Shown here piece by piece: positions 39,201-49,547 of a DNA stretch of 64,000 nt (the stretch's first letter is position 1; each line of letters begins with the position of its first letter). Below the pieces are notes generated by a model. That model was given only the letters and a program-made list of their open reading frames with translations. It ran no database searches and was not told where the DNA came from. The DNA comes from Patescibacteria group bacterium (GTDB lineage Bacteria; Patescibacteriota; Patescibacteriia; UBA10025; JAHIVO01): the NCBI GenBank assembly GCA_049325535.1, contig JBMOKY010000001.1, positions 557,942 through 621,941 on the forward strand, given 5' to 3'. The position numbers and the translations under genes were made by a program.

Positions 39201-39716
39201 CTATCTCACAAAACGCTGATTAAATGCTGACTGGAAAGCCTGCGCATCCGATTCCGAGTGTAGAACAAATATAATTGTTTTGAAATCCGGGTGCTGAGCA
39301 AGAAAAGTCTCGGCTGCTTCCATCTGAATCTCGGCCGCCTGCTGAATCGGAAACTGGCCGATACCGGTACCGATCGACGGTATGGCCATCGAAGAGATGC
39401 CAAGTTCCGCGGCACGGCGGTACATATTTGCCACTGAGCTCCGCAAATGTTGCTCTGTGGTAGTCGAACCCAGCCGCATAGAAGCAACGTGAATGACGTA
39501 TTTTGCCTTCAATGAACCCGCGTCAGTGACCGCGGCCTCGCCGAGCGGAATGGGGCTGATGTTGTCCGATTCACGCTGGATAATGTCCCCTCCTGCCTTA
39601 ACAATAGCTGCGGCGAGTCCGCCGCCATGCACCAGCTCATCATTTGCCGGATTCACTATCGCATCGGCTATCTCACGCGTGATGTCTCCGATTTTTATGA
39701 CAATTTTTTCCTTCAT
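39201..39716 (-). CDS. Macro domain protein
   Basis: 'GDIT', 'DAIVNPAN', 'HGGGLA', 'SIGTGI'. Confidence 0.93.
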   Translation of the reverse strand: MKEKIVIKIGDITREIADAIVNPANDELVHGGGLAAAIVKAGGDIIQRESDNISPIPLGEAAVTDAGSLKAKYVIHVASMRLGSTTTEQHLRSSVANMYRRAAELGISSMAIPSIGTGIGQFPIQQAAEIQMEAAETFLAQHPDFKTIIFVLHSESDAQAFQSAFNQRFVR

Positions 39717-39774
39717 GGTGACCTAAGTATAACAAAAAACAGCCCAATATTCAAATCAGCTGTATAGTAAAAAA

Positions 39775-40344
39775 CTAATGGGTCGGCGCCGAACTGGTGG
39801 GTTTTTTATTCAGTGACCGCTGAATCCAAACGATCATGCAAATGATTATGATAACGGCGGTCAGCAGTACAAAGTATTTACCATACAGCGGATGATGCTT
39901 GAGTGAATATGCCAAAGCCTCATACACCAGCCGTATAGTAATCCACGAAGAAAAAATCGTGAGGACAACGCGAAAAATCTTATTAATCAAGTTCTTCTTG
40001 TTCATGTTCAGCAGTACCACTGCGACGATGCATATGAGGGCGGCCGGTACGATGACATCAGCATGAAGCAATAACCGCGCCGCTTCGTATTGCTGCAAAT
40101 CGCAATTGCCCACCACCCGCGGTGTCTCAAATATGCGCTGTAAGGACGTGCCGCTCGCCTTGCACTGTGCGAATTGAGGGTTAAAATGCTTATTGATATC
40201 CAGCAAGCCGAGCTCAATGGTAATGGCCATGATCAGGATCAAAATCATAGCAAAAAAGGCCGCAGCGCCAGATACCCGCTCACTGTCAGTGTGGACGGCT
40301 GCTTTTGGTTTTGACTCGCTGATTTCAAATACCGGTACTGGCAT
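39775..40344 (-). CDS. Hypothetical membrane protein
   Basis: Four hydrophobic helices; fills gap on the coding strand. Confidence 0.65.
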   Translation of the reverse strand: MPVPVFEISESKPKAAVHTDSERVSGAAAFFAMILILIMAITIELGLLDINKHFNPQFAQCKASGTSLQRIFETPRVVGNCDLQQYEAARLLLHADVIVPAALICIVAVVLLNMNKKNLINKIFRVVLTIFSSWITIRLVYEALAYSLKHHPLYGKYFVLLTAVIIIICMIVWIQRSLNKKPTSSAPTH

Positions 40345-40397
40345 ATAGTAAAATAATAATCTATTACCCTAGCGAATTTCGAATCAATTGTCAAGCC

Positions 40398-41438
40398 CTA
40401 CTCATTCACCGGAACGGGAAAGAGGTGCCCGGGGCCGATTGGATTATATCCGTTACGAATTTCCCCACCATCAGGAAAGCCGTCCTGATCGCTATCGGCA
40501 TTCGATGGGTCAGATGCAAAAATATTTTCCCAGAATGTATACAACCCATCGGCATCAGGATCCTGCATTACATCACCCAAATCTATGCCCACGAGAGCGC
40601 CAAACAGTGGGATATCCAGCAGATTGGTACGCTGAAAAAGGTCCGGAGCAAAATTTTCAAACGGTTCGGTAGCGGCCGGCTCGGTTACGGTCACCGGCTC
40701 GCCATAGCGAGAAATAATCAGCTGAAATTGTGACGGCTGGCCCCGATGAGCGACCATATACAGTCGTGTGTCGAATTTTCCGATGTGCAGCGTAACTGGC
40801 ACGGTACCGGATGTCAGTAACTGTTGGGGTATCCATGGTAGATATGATCGGAGGGCCACCAATCGCATATCAGCCTCATACTGATACACCTGAGTGTGAC
40901 CGATATCGACATCCTCTAAACGACGGGTAACGGTAAAAAGTGGTTCTGTCGATACATCACGATCAATTGTTCCTGATGCATTGGGAAATCGATACCAGAC
41001 TCCATCAACGCTTGACAGTTCCATAAACGGAACTGCCGGCACTTCAGAGAATCGGACATATACCCAGTCACTCGTGAGGCGAGTTTCCACATCCGTCAAA
41101 AAACGGAGCGTTTGAATTTCAAACTGACCATGGGTGGTCATGGAACCACGTACTACCGGCTCACGCTGTCCCTGAAACACCGTGGTCAGCTCCGCACGTA
41201 TAGGTATACTCAAAAATTCAGTATCAGTCCGCGCTATGAATTCGTATTGGGCTGTTACGGTGTCATGCAAAGCCAGTTCCATGGCTGAGATAACCGCAAC
41301 CGGCGTTCGCTCAAAAACTGGAATCGTTACTACGCGTTCTATAAAAGGAATAGGGTGCCCCATATACACCAGCAATGCTACTGCTCCACACAGTGCGAGT
41401 ATAAGTGCGCTCAAGCTAATTTTGAGAATGATGTTCAT
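40398..41438 (-). CDS. Membrane-anchored protein with C-terminal Ca-binding DxDxDG (bacterial TSP3-like) motifs
   Basis: 'DPDADGL..FWE...SDPSNADSDQDGFPDGGE'. Confidence 0.65.
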   Translation of the reverse strand: MNIILKISLSALILALCGAVALLVYMGHPIPFIERVVTIPVFERTPVAVISAMELALHDTVTAQYEFIARTDTEFLSIPIRAELTTVFQGQREPVVRGSMTTHGQFEIQTLRFLTDVETRLTSDWVYVRFSEVPAVPFMELSSVDGVWYRFPNASGTIDRDVSTEPLFTVTRRLEDVDIGHTQVYQYEADMRLVALRSYLPWIPQQLLTSGTVPVTLHIGKFDTRLYMVAHRGQPSQFQLIISRYGEPVTVTEPAATEPFENFAPDLFQRTNLLDIPLFGALVGIDLGDVMQDPDADGLYTFWENIFASDPSNADSDQDGFPDGGEIRNGYNPIGPGHLFPVPVNE

Positions 41439-41456
41439 GCAGAAGTGAGTATACCG

Positions 41457-42206
41457 CTATTCCCCTACTTCCTCCAGCCAGGGTACGGCGTGCGTAACGG
41501 AAACTCCTGAAGCTAATGTGTGAGCAATGGTATCCAATGGGATAATCGGCCCAGGAACTGAAATACCAAAAGAATAATACTTACCATCAGATATGACAGT
41601 GGCTCCTGTCTCGTCGATCATGAGCACGGCTGGATCAGCTACTCCATTATCTATGATGGCAAATCGGCCATCACATGAGCCACAGGAAAAATCGGCAGAT
41701 GATGTACATTCATCACATTCGGCGATACGTACCACTTTCCCCGATACTACATAGGTGCCATAGTCATAATTTGCGCTCACTAAATCTGAAACGAGTACCG
41801 GCTCAAAACCAGCAAAAGCAGCATCCGTCCGGCAATATGAGGTTATTTCTACGCAGTCATCTAGCGCAGTACTGCAAGCGGTATCGCTCTGCCCATCACT
41901 GGTGCAGGATTGAGCTGTCAAATTGTCATCATACCAAGCCACGGAGGTACCTGCAGCATTGGTGAGCACATATGTGGATGACCCATCGACAGTACAGCGA
42001 TAGAGGCGGAAATCATCAGTATCTAAGTCGTCCGGGCAAAGCACATCGAGCCAGTTGCTACTCTGATTAACAAATACTGGGCCATCGTTTTGCGTACGGT
42101 GCGTGACAATATACAGGCCCACGCCAAGCGCAATAATGCCGACAACCACTCCGAGTGCAATAAAAAGCATGTTTGACCGGGATGTAATGTGTGTTGTTTC
42201 AGCCAT
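41457..42206 (-). CDS. Membrane-anchored Cys-rich hypothetical protein
   Basis: One TM, then an acidic region with many Cys; start trimmed to ATG 42206. Confidence 0.6.
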   Translation of the reverse strand: MAETTHITSRSNMLFIALGVVVGIIALGVGLYIVTHRTQNDGPVFVNQSSNWLDVLCPDDLDTDDFRLYRCTVDGSSTYVLTNAAGTSVAWYDDNLTAQSCTSDGQSDTACSTALDDCVEITSYCRTDAAFAGFEPVLVSDLVSANYDYGTYVVSGKVVRIAECDECTSSADFSCGSCDGRFAIIDNGVADPAVLMIDETGATVISDGKYYSFGISVPGPIIPLDTIAHTLASGVSVTHAVPWLEEVGE

Positions 42207-43089
42207 GGGACGCGCGATTATGCTTTTGTACCTGATAAATGCCGAAGAGGAGCACTGCACCACCAATGATTTGTGGTACCACCAATGTCTGATCGAGAAA
42301 AAACCAATTCAATATCACAGCTGCAAAAGGAAAAAAAAGCTCAGCAATGGTGGCGATGGACGCCTTTGTATGTCGCAACCCTCCATAGTATAGCAGCAGG
42401 GCGCCAGTACCCGGCACCAGAGTTATCAATATAAGTGACCAGACATCACCACTCGATACATCGCCAAGTGAGGCCAGTGTTCGCTGCGTCGTCATCAGTA
42501 CCGTGATAAACATCAGGGCAACGAGCAACCGAATGACGGTCAATGCGGCAAAACTTATTTTGGTCACCACCATACGCCCAAAAACCGTCGAGGCACCCCA
42601 GAAAAATGCAGCAGCAAGTGCCAGATAAATACCCCGGCTGTCGCTCAAGGAAAAATTAATATGCCCATCGGGAAACGAGACAAAAAAAGCACCAACGATG
42701 GCGACGAAAGCCCACAGTAAAAAGTGTTTATTGAGTCGTTCCTTCAGTAGCAGTGCCGCCAGTGATATAGCCAGCAATGGCTGAACTTTTTGCAGTAAAA
42801 TACTAACTGAGGGTGACACATACAAAAAAGATTGCGTGAAAAATAATGTGGCCAAAGCAGACCCCCCGACGCCAATACATAAGATAGCCATCCAATCCTT
42901 CCGGTTGAGATTGCGGAATTCAGACAATTTTAAAAAAAGGACTGGTAACAGTAGCACCACTCCAAAAAGATGTTCATAAAAAACAATCACCTGGCTCGGC
43001 ACGTGTCCAGTCAGTGGCAGCCGGATGAGCGCATCAGTACTCCATAGAAAGGCGGCAAATACTATGACATATGGGGCAAAGCGTTTCAT
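42199..43089 (-). CDS. DMT/EamA family transporter (two domains)
   Basis: About 10 TM, 'QKVQPLLAISLAALLLKER', 'AAFFWGASTV'. Confidence 0.88.
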   Translation of the reverse strand: MKRFAPYVIVFAAFLWSTDALIRLPLTGHVPSQVIVFYEHLFGVVLLLPVLFLKLSEFRNLNRKDWMAILCIGVGGSALATLFFTQSFLYVSPSVSILLQKVQPLLAISLAALLLKERLNKHFLLWAFVAIVGAFFVSFPDGHINFSLSDSRGIYLALAAAFFWGASTVFGRMVVTKISFAALTVIRLLVALMFITVLMTTQRTLASLGDVSSGDVWSLILITLVPGTGALLLYYGGLRHTKASIATIAELFFPFAAVILNWFFLDQTLVVPQIIGGAVLLFGIYQVQKHNRASHG

Positions 43090-43095
43090 GAACTA

Positions 43096-43566
43096 TCAGT
43101 AATGATAGGCACTGCCACTCAAAATCATTCCTGCTCGATAGAGCTGTTCTAGAAGAATGACACGGCTCATCTGATGGGTAAATGTCATTTTTGCTAGGGA
43201 CAGAATTACCGTTGCTTTTTTCAGTACCAGCGGAGATACCCCCAGTGGGCCACCGATAACGAAGGTGATTTTTTTCCCAAAACGTGACCAGTCATCGAGC
43301 TGGTCGGCCCACTCACGCGAGGAAAACATTTTACCCGCCCGATCTAAAGCGATAACAAAAGTATCCTTTGGGATGACACGAATTATCCGTTCTGCTTCTA
43401 CACTGATGATACGCTCCCGGTCGGTCACTTTGGTGATTTTTTCCTCGGGTACTTCTATGATCGTAACCTTCGCATGATGAGCCAGCCGTTTGAGATACTC
43501 CTCGACAGCCGCTCGCCAATGTGGCTCTTTGATACTCCCCACGGAAATGATAGTCACGTCCAGCAT
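43096..43566 (-). CDS. rlmH: 23S rRNA pseudouridine-1915 N3-methyltransferase
   Basis: 'EYLKRL', 'FVIGGPLG', 'TFTHQMSRVILLEQLYRA', 'YH'. Confidence 0.95.
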   Translation of the reverse strand: MLDVTIISVGSIKEPHWRAAVEEYLKRLAHHAKVTIIEVPEEKITKVTDRERIISVEAERIIRVIPKDTFVIALDRAGKMFSSREWADQLDDWSRFGKKITFVIGGPLGVSPLVLKKATVILSLAKMTFTHQMSRVILLEQLYRAGMILSGSAYHY

Positions 43567-43654
43567 ATATATTTATGCTACAGCAGGATAGAGGTTTTGA
43601 CAAATAAAAAAGGGCCCAGGTACGTGATTGTACCGAGGCCGCAGTTTTATATGA

Positions 43655-43852
43655 TTATGGTAGAAGTATTACTACTCCGACCATAAATGTTGACAGGCCG
43701 ACGAGCAGCACGAGCGTCTCTACTAAGAGAGCCGACAATGCCACCACGCCACGTGATCGCTTGTGAGAATGACGACGACTACGTCTCATTGAGAACAGTA
43801 GCAGTACGCCACCAAAAGCGACCATGAATTCGGGTGAGAAGTTCATGGCCAT
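43655..43852 (-). CDS. Orphan small 2-TM protein
   Basis: TM-basic loop-TM; own promoter (43918-43946) and terminator hairpin (about 43606-43642). Confidence 0.55.
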   Translation of the reverse strand: MAMNFSPEFMVAFGGVLLLFSMRRSRRHSHKRSRGVVALSALLVETLVLLVGLSTFMVGVVILLP

Positions 43853-43917
43853 GCATATTAATGATTAGGCAGGCCAGGGACTCCATCACTATGTAATGAG
43901 CATTCCCCCAACGCTGA

Positions 43918-43959
43918 ATAGTACCACACTGCACCACCCCCGTCAAGGGGGTGGTGCAG
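43918..43959 (-). promoter_or_regulatory. Promoter with the -35 box in the loop of a perfect 13-bp inverted repeat
   Basis: TTGACG-17-TACTAT; CTGCACCACCCCC-GTCAA-GGGGGTGGTGCAG. Confidence 0.6.
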
Positions 43960-43981
43960 ATTGTAATATATTATAGTCAAT

Positions 43982-45691
43982 TTACCAGCTCCCGCCGCCT
44001 CCGCCACCGAAACCACCACCGGAAAAACCACCACCACTAAAACCCGAGCGGCCGGAACCAGCCGAGCTCGGATGGCTAGCAGCAACTGAACTAAAATTTG
44101 ATGACATATCATGAAGCGCAGTTGCTAGAAATACAGCACCGAAGGCATTTGCAGATCCCCCCTCATACCAATCCGGGGGCGTCAGGTACATACCGTCAAA
44201 TTGCGACGCCCACTGCTGCTCTACCTGGAGTGCCATGGCATACGGTAAAAAATTTTCAAATTGTTTAGGTGATTTTTCCGGTGCATTATGAAATTTCAAT
44301 CGCTCTTTCTCTGTAACTGATAGGAACCACTTAAATCCGCTAATATGTTCATGCGCGAGTACACCTTTATTTGTTTTGCGCGGCATAGCCTGGGCCACAA
44401 ACAGTCCGATGATGCCCAGTAGAGCGGTGAGCACGCCGGCAGCAATATTACCGAAGAAACTAACCGAAAAACCGATGATGATAATCAGAGCGGCCACCCC
44501 ACTGTATGCGTGTCGTACTTTTTCCGGACTGGTCGGAAAATACCCCTGTTCTACCACCCGGTCATACATTGATTTTTTTATGTCTGGAAGGTTTGTGTAA
44601 AATTTATTTTTAAGCGTGCTCAAACGGATGGAAGTGACCGTGCCAAACATGGCATCCATTATTTTTTCCTCATGCTTCTCCAGGCGATCATCAACCGGTT
44701 GTACTTTGATAAATTCATAATCAACTTTTGTTTTTAGTATTTTCTTTTCCTCAAGCCGTTTTATCTTGACATATCCTTTTACCGCCAACTGGATGATAGT
44801 TGCCGATAAATCACGTAGATCCGCGCGCTCATCGACAATAGTACCCACTAAACCGGCTGATAAGCCGTCTGGGGGATCATACTGCGGTATAATCGTTTTT
44901 CGGCCTTTGGGATCTCGGCCGCGGCTATACCACACATACACCATACCGATTACCAAAATCAACGGTATAACTACCGCCCAGTTATCCGCCACAAACCACG
45001 ACAGGCGCTGGCTAGCACTTGGCGGAGTGGTAATACCTTTGGGCCATCCTAAAACGACCGTCAAGCCTTCACCGGTACCGAGGAATGTGTCTGCGGTATA
45101 AACCGTTACTGCGCCGTTTTCCTTTTCGATACCACAATAGGAATCAGACGATCCGTATAGTCCGGTAAAACATTGACTCAGTCGCTGGTCCGCGTTCAAT
45201 TCAGTGGGGAGCGTCACCGATGCTTCCGCAGCGTCAATCGGTACGTCCCAGTCATTTCCGGTAACATTCCAAAAAAACTCGTCATGCTCACTGAAGTAAT
45301 TTATAGCTCTGGTGACAGAATACGTGATGACGTATGTCTGCACTCCAGAAATTGTCCGGTTGGCATCACCGATTTTCAAACTGAGTATCCCACCGGATCG
45401 GCTTTCACTATACGGCCAGGACACGCCGAGACCATCGGTCACCGAGAGCACCTCCACGCGGAGATTGTAGCGCGCACCATTTCGATCATATGAATATGGA
45501 ATATCACGAAATATGCCATGCCGCTCAGCCACATCAAAATCGTATTGAATTGTTTCAGAGATGATTATGCTACTGTCAGGCTTGATGGTTATCTCATCGG
45601 TAAATGAAATGATCCTTTCGCCGATGGCGAAAGCGCTGTGCGCATACAATACACTGACCGCTACTATGGTAAATACAAATATTTTTTTCAT
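43982..45691 (-). CDS. DUF2207 family membrane protein
   Basis: 'RHGIFRDIP', 'WNVTGNDW', 'LPYAMAL', Gly-rich tail 'GGGFGGGGGGSW'. Confidence 0.9.
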   Translation of the reverse strand: MKKIFVFTIVAVSVLYAHSAFAIGERIISFTDEITIKPDSSIIISETIQYDFDVAERHGIFRDIPYSYDRNGARYNLRVEVLSVTDGLGVSWPYSESRSGGILSLKIGDANRTISGVQTYVITYSVTRAINYFSEHDEFFWNVTGNDWDVPIDAAEASVTLPTELNADQRLSQCFTGLYGSSDSYCGIEKENGAVTVYTADTFLGTGEGLTVVLGWPKGITTPPSASQRLSWFVADNWAVVIPLILVIGMVYVWYSRGRDPKGRKTIIPQYDPPDGLSAGLVGTIVDERADLRDLSATIIQLAVKGYVKIKRLEEKKILKTKVDYEFIKVQPVDDRLEKHEEKIMDAMFGTVTSIRLSTLKNKFYTNLPDIKKSMYDRVVEQGYFPTSPEKVRHAYSGVAALIIIIGFSVSFFGNIAAGVLTALLGIIGLFVAQAMPRKTNKGVLAHEHISGFKWFLSVTEKERLKFHNAPEKSPKQFENFLPYAMALQVEQQWASQFDGMYLTPPDWYEGGSANAFGAVFLATALHDMSSNFSSVAASHPSSAGSGRSGFSGGGFSGGGFGGGGGGSW

Positions 45692-45701
45692 ATGTCCTAC
45701 A

Positions 45702-46436
45702 TTAATGATTTGATCGGGCCACCGCTATGCTAAAACGAATAACCGCAGTTACGATTCGAGAAAAACGCCACGGCTGACGTAGTAACCGAAAGAGCCATTC
45801 CAATCCAAGCTTCCGCATCCATCGTGGCGCCCGTCGTATTTTGCCGGAAATATAATCAAAGCTTCCTCCTACTCCCATCGCCACTCGTACCGACGGCAGC
45901 AGTGGCAAATGATGATAGAGCCATTTCTCCTGCTTCACCTGCCCAAATGCCACAAACAAAATATCCGGCCGGGCGGCACTGATCATGCGAATAAGTTTTT
46001 TATCGGGTATCGGTCGGTGCCAGTGACGATAACCACTTTCCGCTCCGACGATGTGAAGCTCCGGATACTGCTTCACCAGCACTGCCGCGGTGCGAGCAGC
46101 GACGCCTCGTCGTGCGCCAAGCAAATACACCCTCCGTCCGGTACGTGCTGCAAACGCGGCGATATCCATGAGTAGATCTATACCTGGTATTCGCTGCTTC
46201 AGGCGGAAACCGAAACGGCGCGCAGCCAGGGTAATACCAAAACCATCAGCAACGGCAATATCGGCATGATTCAATATGTGCCGAAATTCATCATCATGCT
46301 GCGCCTGCATGATAAATTCGGGGTTAACGGTTACGATCAAATGCGCTCTGTCTGATTGAGCATAGGATGCCACCTGATCCATCACCTGGCTGCGGTCAAT
46401 ATTATCAATAGTTACGCCGAGCATCTCAATTTTCAT
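45702..46436 (-). CDS. WecB/TagA/CpsF family glycosyltransferase
   Basis: 'TVNPE', 'ADG', 'KQEKW', 'GVGGSFD', 'GLEWLFRL'. Confidence 0.93.
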   Translation of the reverse strand: MKIEMLGVTIDNIDRSQVMDQVASYAQSDRAHLIVTVNPEFIMQAQHDDEFRHILNHADIAVADGFGITLAARRFGFRLKQRIPGIDLLMDIAAFAARTGRRVYLLGARRGVAARTAAVLVKQYPELHIVGAESGYRHWHRPIPDKKLIRMISAARPDILFVAFGQVKQEKWLYHHLPLLPSVRVAMGVGGSFDYISGKIRRAPRWMRKLGLEWLFRLLRQPWRFSRIVTAVIRFSIAVARSNH

Positions 46437-46565
46437 ACGCTCAGTATACAATGTCCGCCAACCTTAGACAATCAGCGAAGATATGACCCCCACCGCTCTC
46501 TCGGTATTCCCACCACCGAGATACTATGCTAAAATATAAACCCAATGTAACTATTAATAGGCTAT

Positions 46566-47957
46566 ATGTTTCATCGTATCATATTCAGTCTGACATTTGC
46601 GCTGACCCTGGCGGTTATCCTGCCATCGGTAGCTTCGGCTGCTACATTTAATTATAACATGATTCTAACTGATAATGAGCTGGAAAACAGTAATACCATG
46701 ACGGTCAGCCAAATCCAGCGTTTTCTGGAAAATAAAGGATCCGGTCTTGCCAGCTACAGCGCAACTGACGTCGGTGGCAGCCGAAAAAGCGCGGCACAAA
46801 TAATATACGACGCGGGAAAATACTGGCATATCAACCCTCAATATTTACTTGTCCGCTTACAGGTGGAACAAAGCCTCGTTTCCGCAAAAACCCCGACGCA
46901 GCGACAGCTGGATTGGGCGACGGGTTTTGGTGTATGTGATAGTTGTTCTACGAGCGATCCGGCAATTCAGGCGTACAAGGGTTTTTTCAATCAGGTTAAT
47001 TGGGCAGCCCGTCGCTTCCGGGAAAGCTATCTCCCGGACATTGATCGACAAGGCTACACCTTCACCGGGTGGGGCCCGGGAATTACCAAAACGACTGGCG
47101 ACGGATATGCGGTCACCCCGCAGAACCGCGCTACTGCGGGACTCTATACGTACACTCCCCATGTGTATAATGGCAACTACAATGTGTGGCGTTTTTTTAA
47201 CCAATGGTTTACGCGCATTTATCCCGACGGTTCCCTGCTTCAGGTAGTCGGCGAACACGGAGTCTACTTGATAGAAAACGGGAAACGACGCCCATTTCTC
47301 AGCCGGTCTGCATTTTTCTCGCGATACGACAGCTCACGTATCATTCCCGTCAGCCTGACCACGATAGAATTGTACCCGCTTGGTGATCCGATTAAATTTG
47401 GGAACTACTCGGTGGTACGTTCTGAGAAAACAAATCGAGTCTGGCTGATTGACGGTGATACGAAACGCTATATTGAATCCCCGGAAATATTTCGCCGAAT
47501 CGGATTCAATCCCGACGAAGTAATCAATGCGCCGGAATCGGACCTGAACCCCTACCGCATCGGACCAAACATCAACCAAGCCAGCATATATCCGACTGGG
47601 GCTCTGCTGCAATCAAAGGAGACCGGGGGGATCAGTTATGTGGAGAATGGCATACGCCATTCTATCTGGTCACGAGAAATACTCAATAACCGCTTCCCAA
47701 ACCGCAAACCAATCGTGGTGGAGCAAAAGGATATCGATATCTATTCCAAGGGTGATCCGATTCTGTTCAAAAATGGTGAGTTGATTACTTCTCCTGGATC
47801 ACGGGGTGTCTACTTCATTTCAAATGGGATGAGGCGAGGTATTGCGTCAAAGGAAGTTTTCGAAACACTGGGATTTCGCTGGTCAAATATCATTTGGACA
47901 ACCGATGACGCACTTCGTATGCATCCGGAGGGGGCGCCACTAACTCTTGATTCATAA
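46566..47957 (+). CDS. Secreted protein: possible lysozyme-like N-terminal domain plus C-terminal beta repeats
   Basis: Signal peptide; 'INPQYLLVRLQVEQ', 'ATAGLYTYTPH'; four 'VYLI..G..R' type repeats. Confidence 0.6.
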   Translation: MFHRIIFSLTFALTLAVILPSVASAATFNYNMILTDNELENSNTMTVSQIQRFLENKGSGLASYSATDVGGSRKSAAQIIYDAGKYWHINPQYLLVRLQVEQSLVSAKTPTQRQLDWATGFGVCDSCSTSDPAIQAYKGFFNQVNWAARRFRESYLPDIDRQGYTFTGWGPGITKTTGDGYAVTPQNRATAGLYTYTPHVYNGNYNVWRFFNQWFTRIYPDGSLLQVVGEHGVYLIENGKRRPFLSRSAFFSRYDSSRIIPVSLTTIELYPLGDPIKFGNYSVVRSEKTNRVWLIDGDTKRYIESPEIFRRIGFNPDEVINAPESDLNPYRIGPNINQASIYPTGALLQSKETGGISYVENGIRHSIWSREILNNRFPNRKPIVVEQKDIDIYSKGDPILFKNGELITSPGSRGVYFISNGMRRGIASKEVFETLGFRWSNIIWTTDDALRMHPEGAPLTLDS

Positions 47958-47975
47958 CATAGTCCACCACCCTCC

Positions 47976-48776
47976 ATGATTGTATACGCTGCTATTACCC
48001 CGCATCCGCCCCTTTCTATACCTGCTATTGGCGGTGATAATCTCCGGTTCATTGATACTACCGTTACCAGCATCAAAAAGATAATCGAAGACTTGATCGA
48101 AGCGCACCCCCAAGTCATCCTACTCCTTTCACCGCATGGCCCATTGCTCGAGGAAAGATTTACCCTCAACCAAGCGGAACAATTTTCAGTACAGTTCAAG
48201 GAATTTGGCGATTTGGAAACATCCCTGACCGTTCGGCCAGACACATCGCACATCCACCACTACAAAGAATTACTTGAGGCGACACATCCGATCTCCTTGC
48301 AGACTGCCCCGGAACTCGATCATGGTTGTGGCGTCCCGCTATATTATCTCCGCCAGGCGCTGGGGAAAAAAACCATGCTCCCAATAGTCCCGGTATATCC
48401 AGCGGCGCGTTTGGACGCACATAAGCATTTTCTACTTGGCAAATCCCTTCAAGACGACATTATCAATGATACGAAGCGAATAGCCATCATCGCCTCCGGG
48501 GATTTATCCCACCGACTTTCAGAAGATGCCCCGGCCGGATATTCGCACTGGGCGACAAAATTTGACGAAACAGTAAAAGGGCACCTCCTCTCGGGAAATG
48601 CAAAAGGATTATATGAACTCGACCAGGACTTCATCGATGAAGCGGGCGAATGCGGGCTTAAACCAATGTTGATGCTCCTCGGCATCATTGATAATCTTTC
48701 AGCACCACCCCAGTTCATTTCTTATGAAGCGCCATTTGGCGTCGGCTACCTCGCAATAAATTATAAGCTCATCTAA
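47976..48776 (+). CDS. LigB/MEMO1-like protein (extradiol dioxygenase class III fold)
   Basis: 'PHPP', 'SPHG', 'LDHG', 'ASGDLSH', 'AGECG', 'YEAPFGVGY'. Confidence 0.85.
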   Translation: MIVYAAITPHPPLSIPAIGGDNLRFIDTTVTSIKKIIEDLIEAHPQVILLLSPHGPLLEERFTLNQAEQFSVQFKEFGDLETSLTVRPDTSHIHHYKELLEATHPISLQTAPELDHGCGVPLYYLRQALGKKTMLPIVPVYPAARLDAHKHFLLGKSLQDDIINDTKRIAIIASGDLSHRLSEDAPAGYSHWATKFDETVKGHLLSGNAKGLYELDQDFIDEAGECGLKPMLMLLGIIDNLSAPPQFISYEAPFGVGYLAINYKLI

Positions 48777-48779
48777 CGT

Positions 48780-49469
48780 ATGTCAATTACAAAAAAAATA
48801 TTATTTCTGGGAGTTTTTTCTCTCATTGGTCTAGTGGCCCTGAGTGTCCCATTTTCTCAACTCATTGGCGCGCAGCAGACATTCAGCCTTTTCGACTTTA
48901 TCGCCCCAACGATTGGAGCCTTTTTAACTTCAGTCTGGGGAGCCGGAGTCGTTATCATCGTCAAACTGAGCCATGCACTGATAACCCATCAAAACCTTGA
49001 TACCATTACCATTATTCGGCTATTTCCCCTGGCACTGGGCGCGCTGTACTTCGGACTGAAGAAATACAAATTGATTATGGCAATTATTCCTTTGGTCTGC
49101 ATGGGACTATTTATGATCCACCCCGAAGGTCGCCAAGCCTGGTACTATGCACTATACTGGTTGATACCAGTCGCGGCGTTGGCTGCCAAACGCAGTTTGA
49201 TGCTGAATAGCCTCGGAGCAACCTTTACCGCACATGCGGTGGGGGGTGTTACATTTCTCTATGCATTTAATCTTCCTGGCGAAGTCTGGATTGCGCTCAT
49301 CCCAATTGTTTTCATCGAGCGAGTGCTGTTTGCCGGTGGAATCGCGCTGAGCTACGTATCGTTGAATACCCTCGTGGGATGGCTGGAACGGCGACTACAT
49401 ATGCCCATCCTTGGCCGACTCACCAATCCCACATATACATTTTCACGCGCTATCCTGAAAAACCTGTAA
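48780..49469 (+). CDS. Polytopic membrane protein (possibly ECF S-component-like)
   Basis: About 6-7 TM; function not established. Confidence 0.6.
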   Translation: MSITKKILFLGVFSLIGLVALSVPFSQLIGAQQTFSLFDFIAPTIGAFLTSVWGAGVVIIVKLSHALITHQNLDTITIIRLFPLALGALYFGLKKYKLIMAIIPLVCMGLFMIHPEGRQAWYYALYWLIPVAALAAKRSLMLNSLGATFTAHAVGGVTFLYAFNLPGEVWIALIPIVFIERVLFAGGIALSYVSLNTLVGWLERRLHMPILGRLTNPTYTFSRAILKNL

Positions 49470-49547
49470 ATCCCTCATCACCTGAACGGCGGGCACCAAT
49501 GCGAGCTGCTTTTGGTATGATACAGAACATGCTACAATGCACGTATT

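Noticed and set aside
43855-43915. Fluoride riboswitch-like GTGATGGAGT on the - strand
   Set aside because: The downstream pseudoknot partner and conserved 3' motif are absent; it forms only a simple hairpin.
43985-44085. GGN-rich tandem-like repeat
   Set aside because: It encodes the ordinary Gly/Ser tail of DUF2207 proteins.
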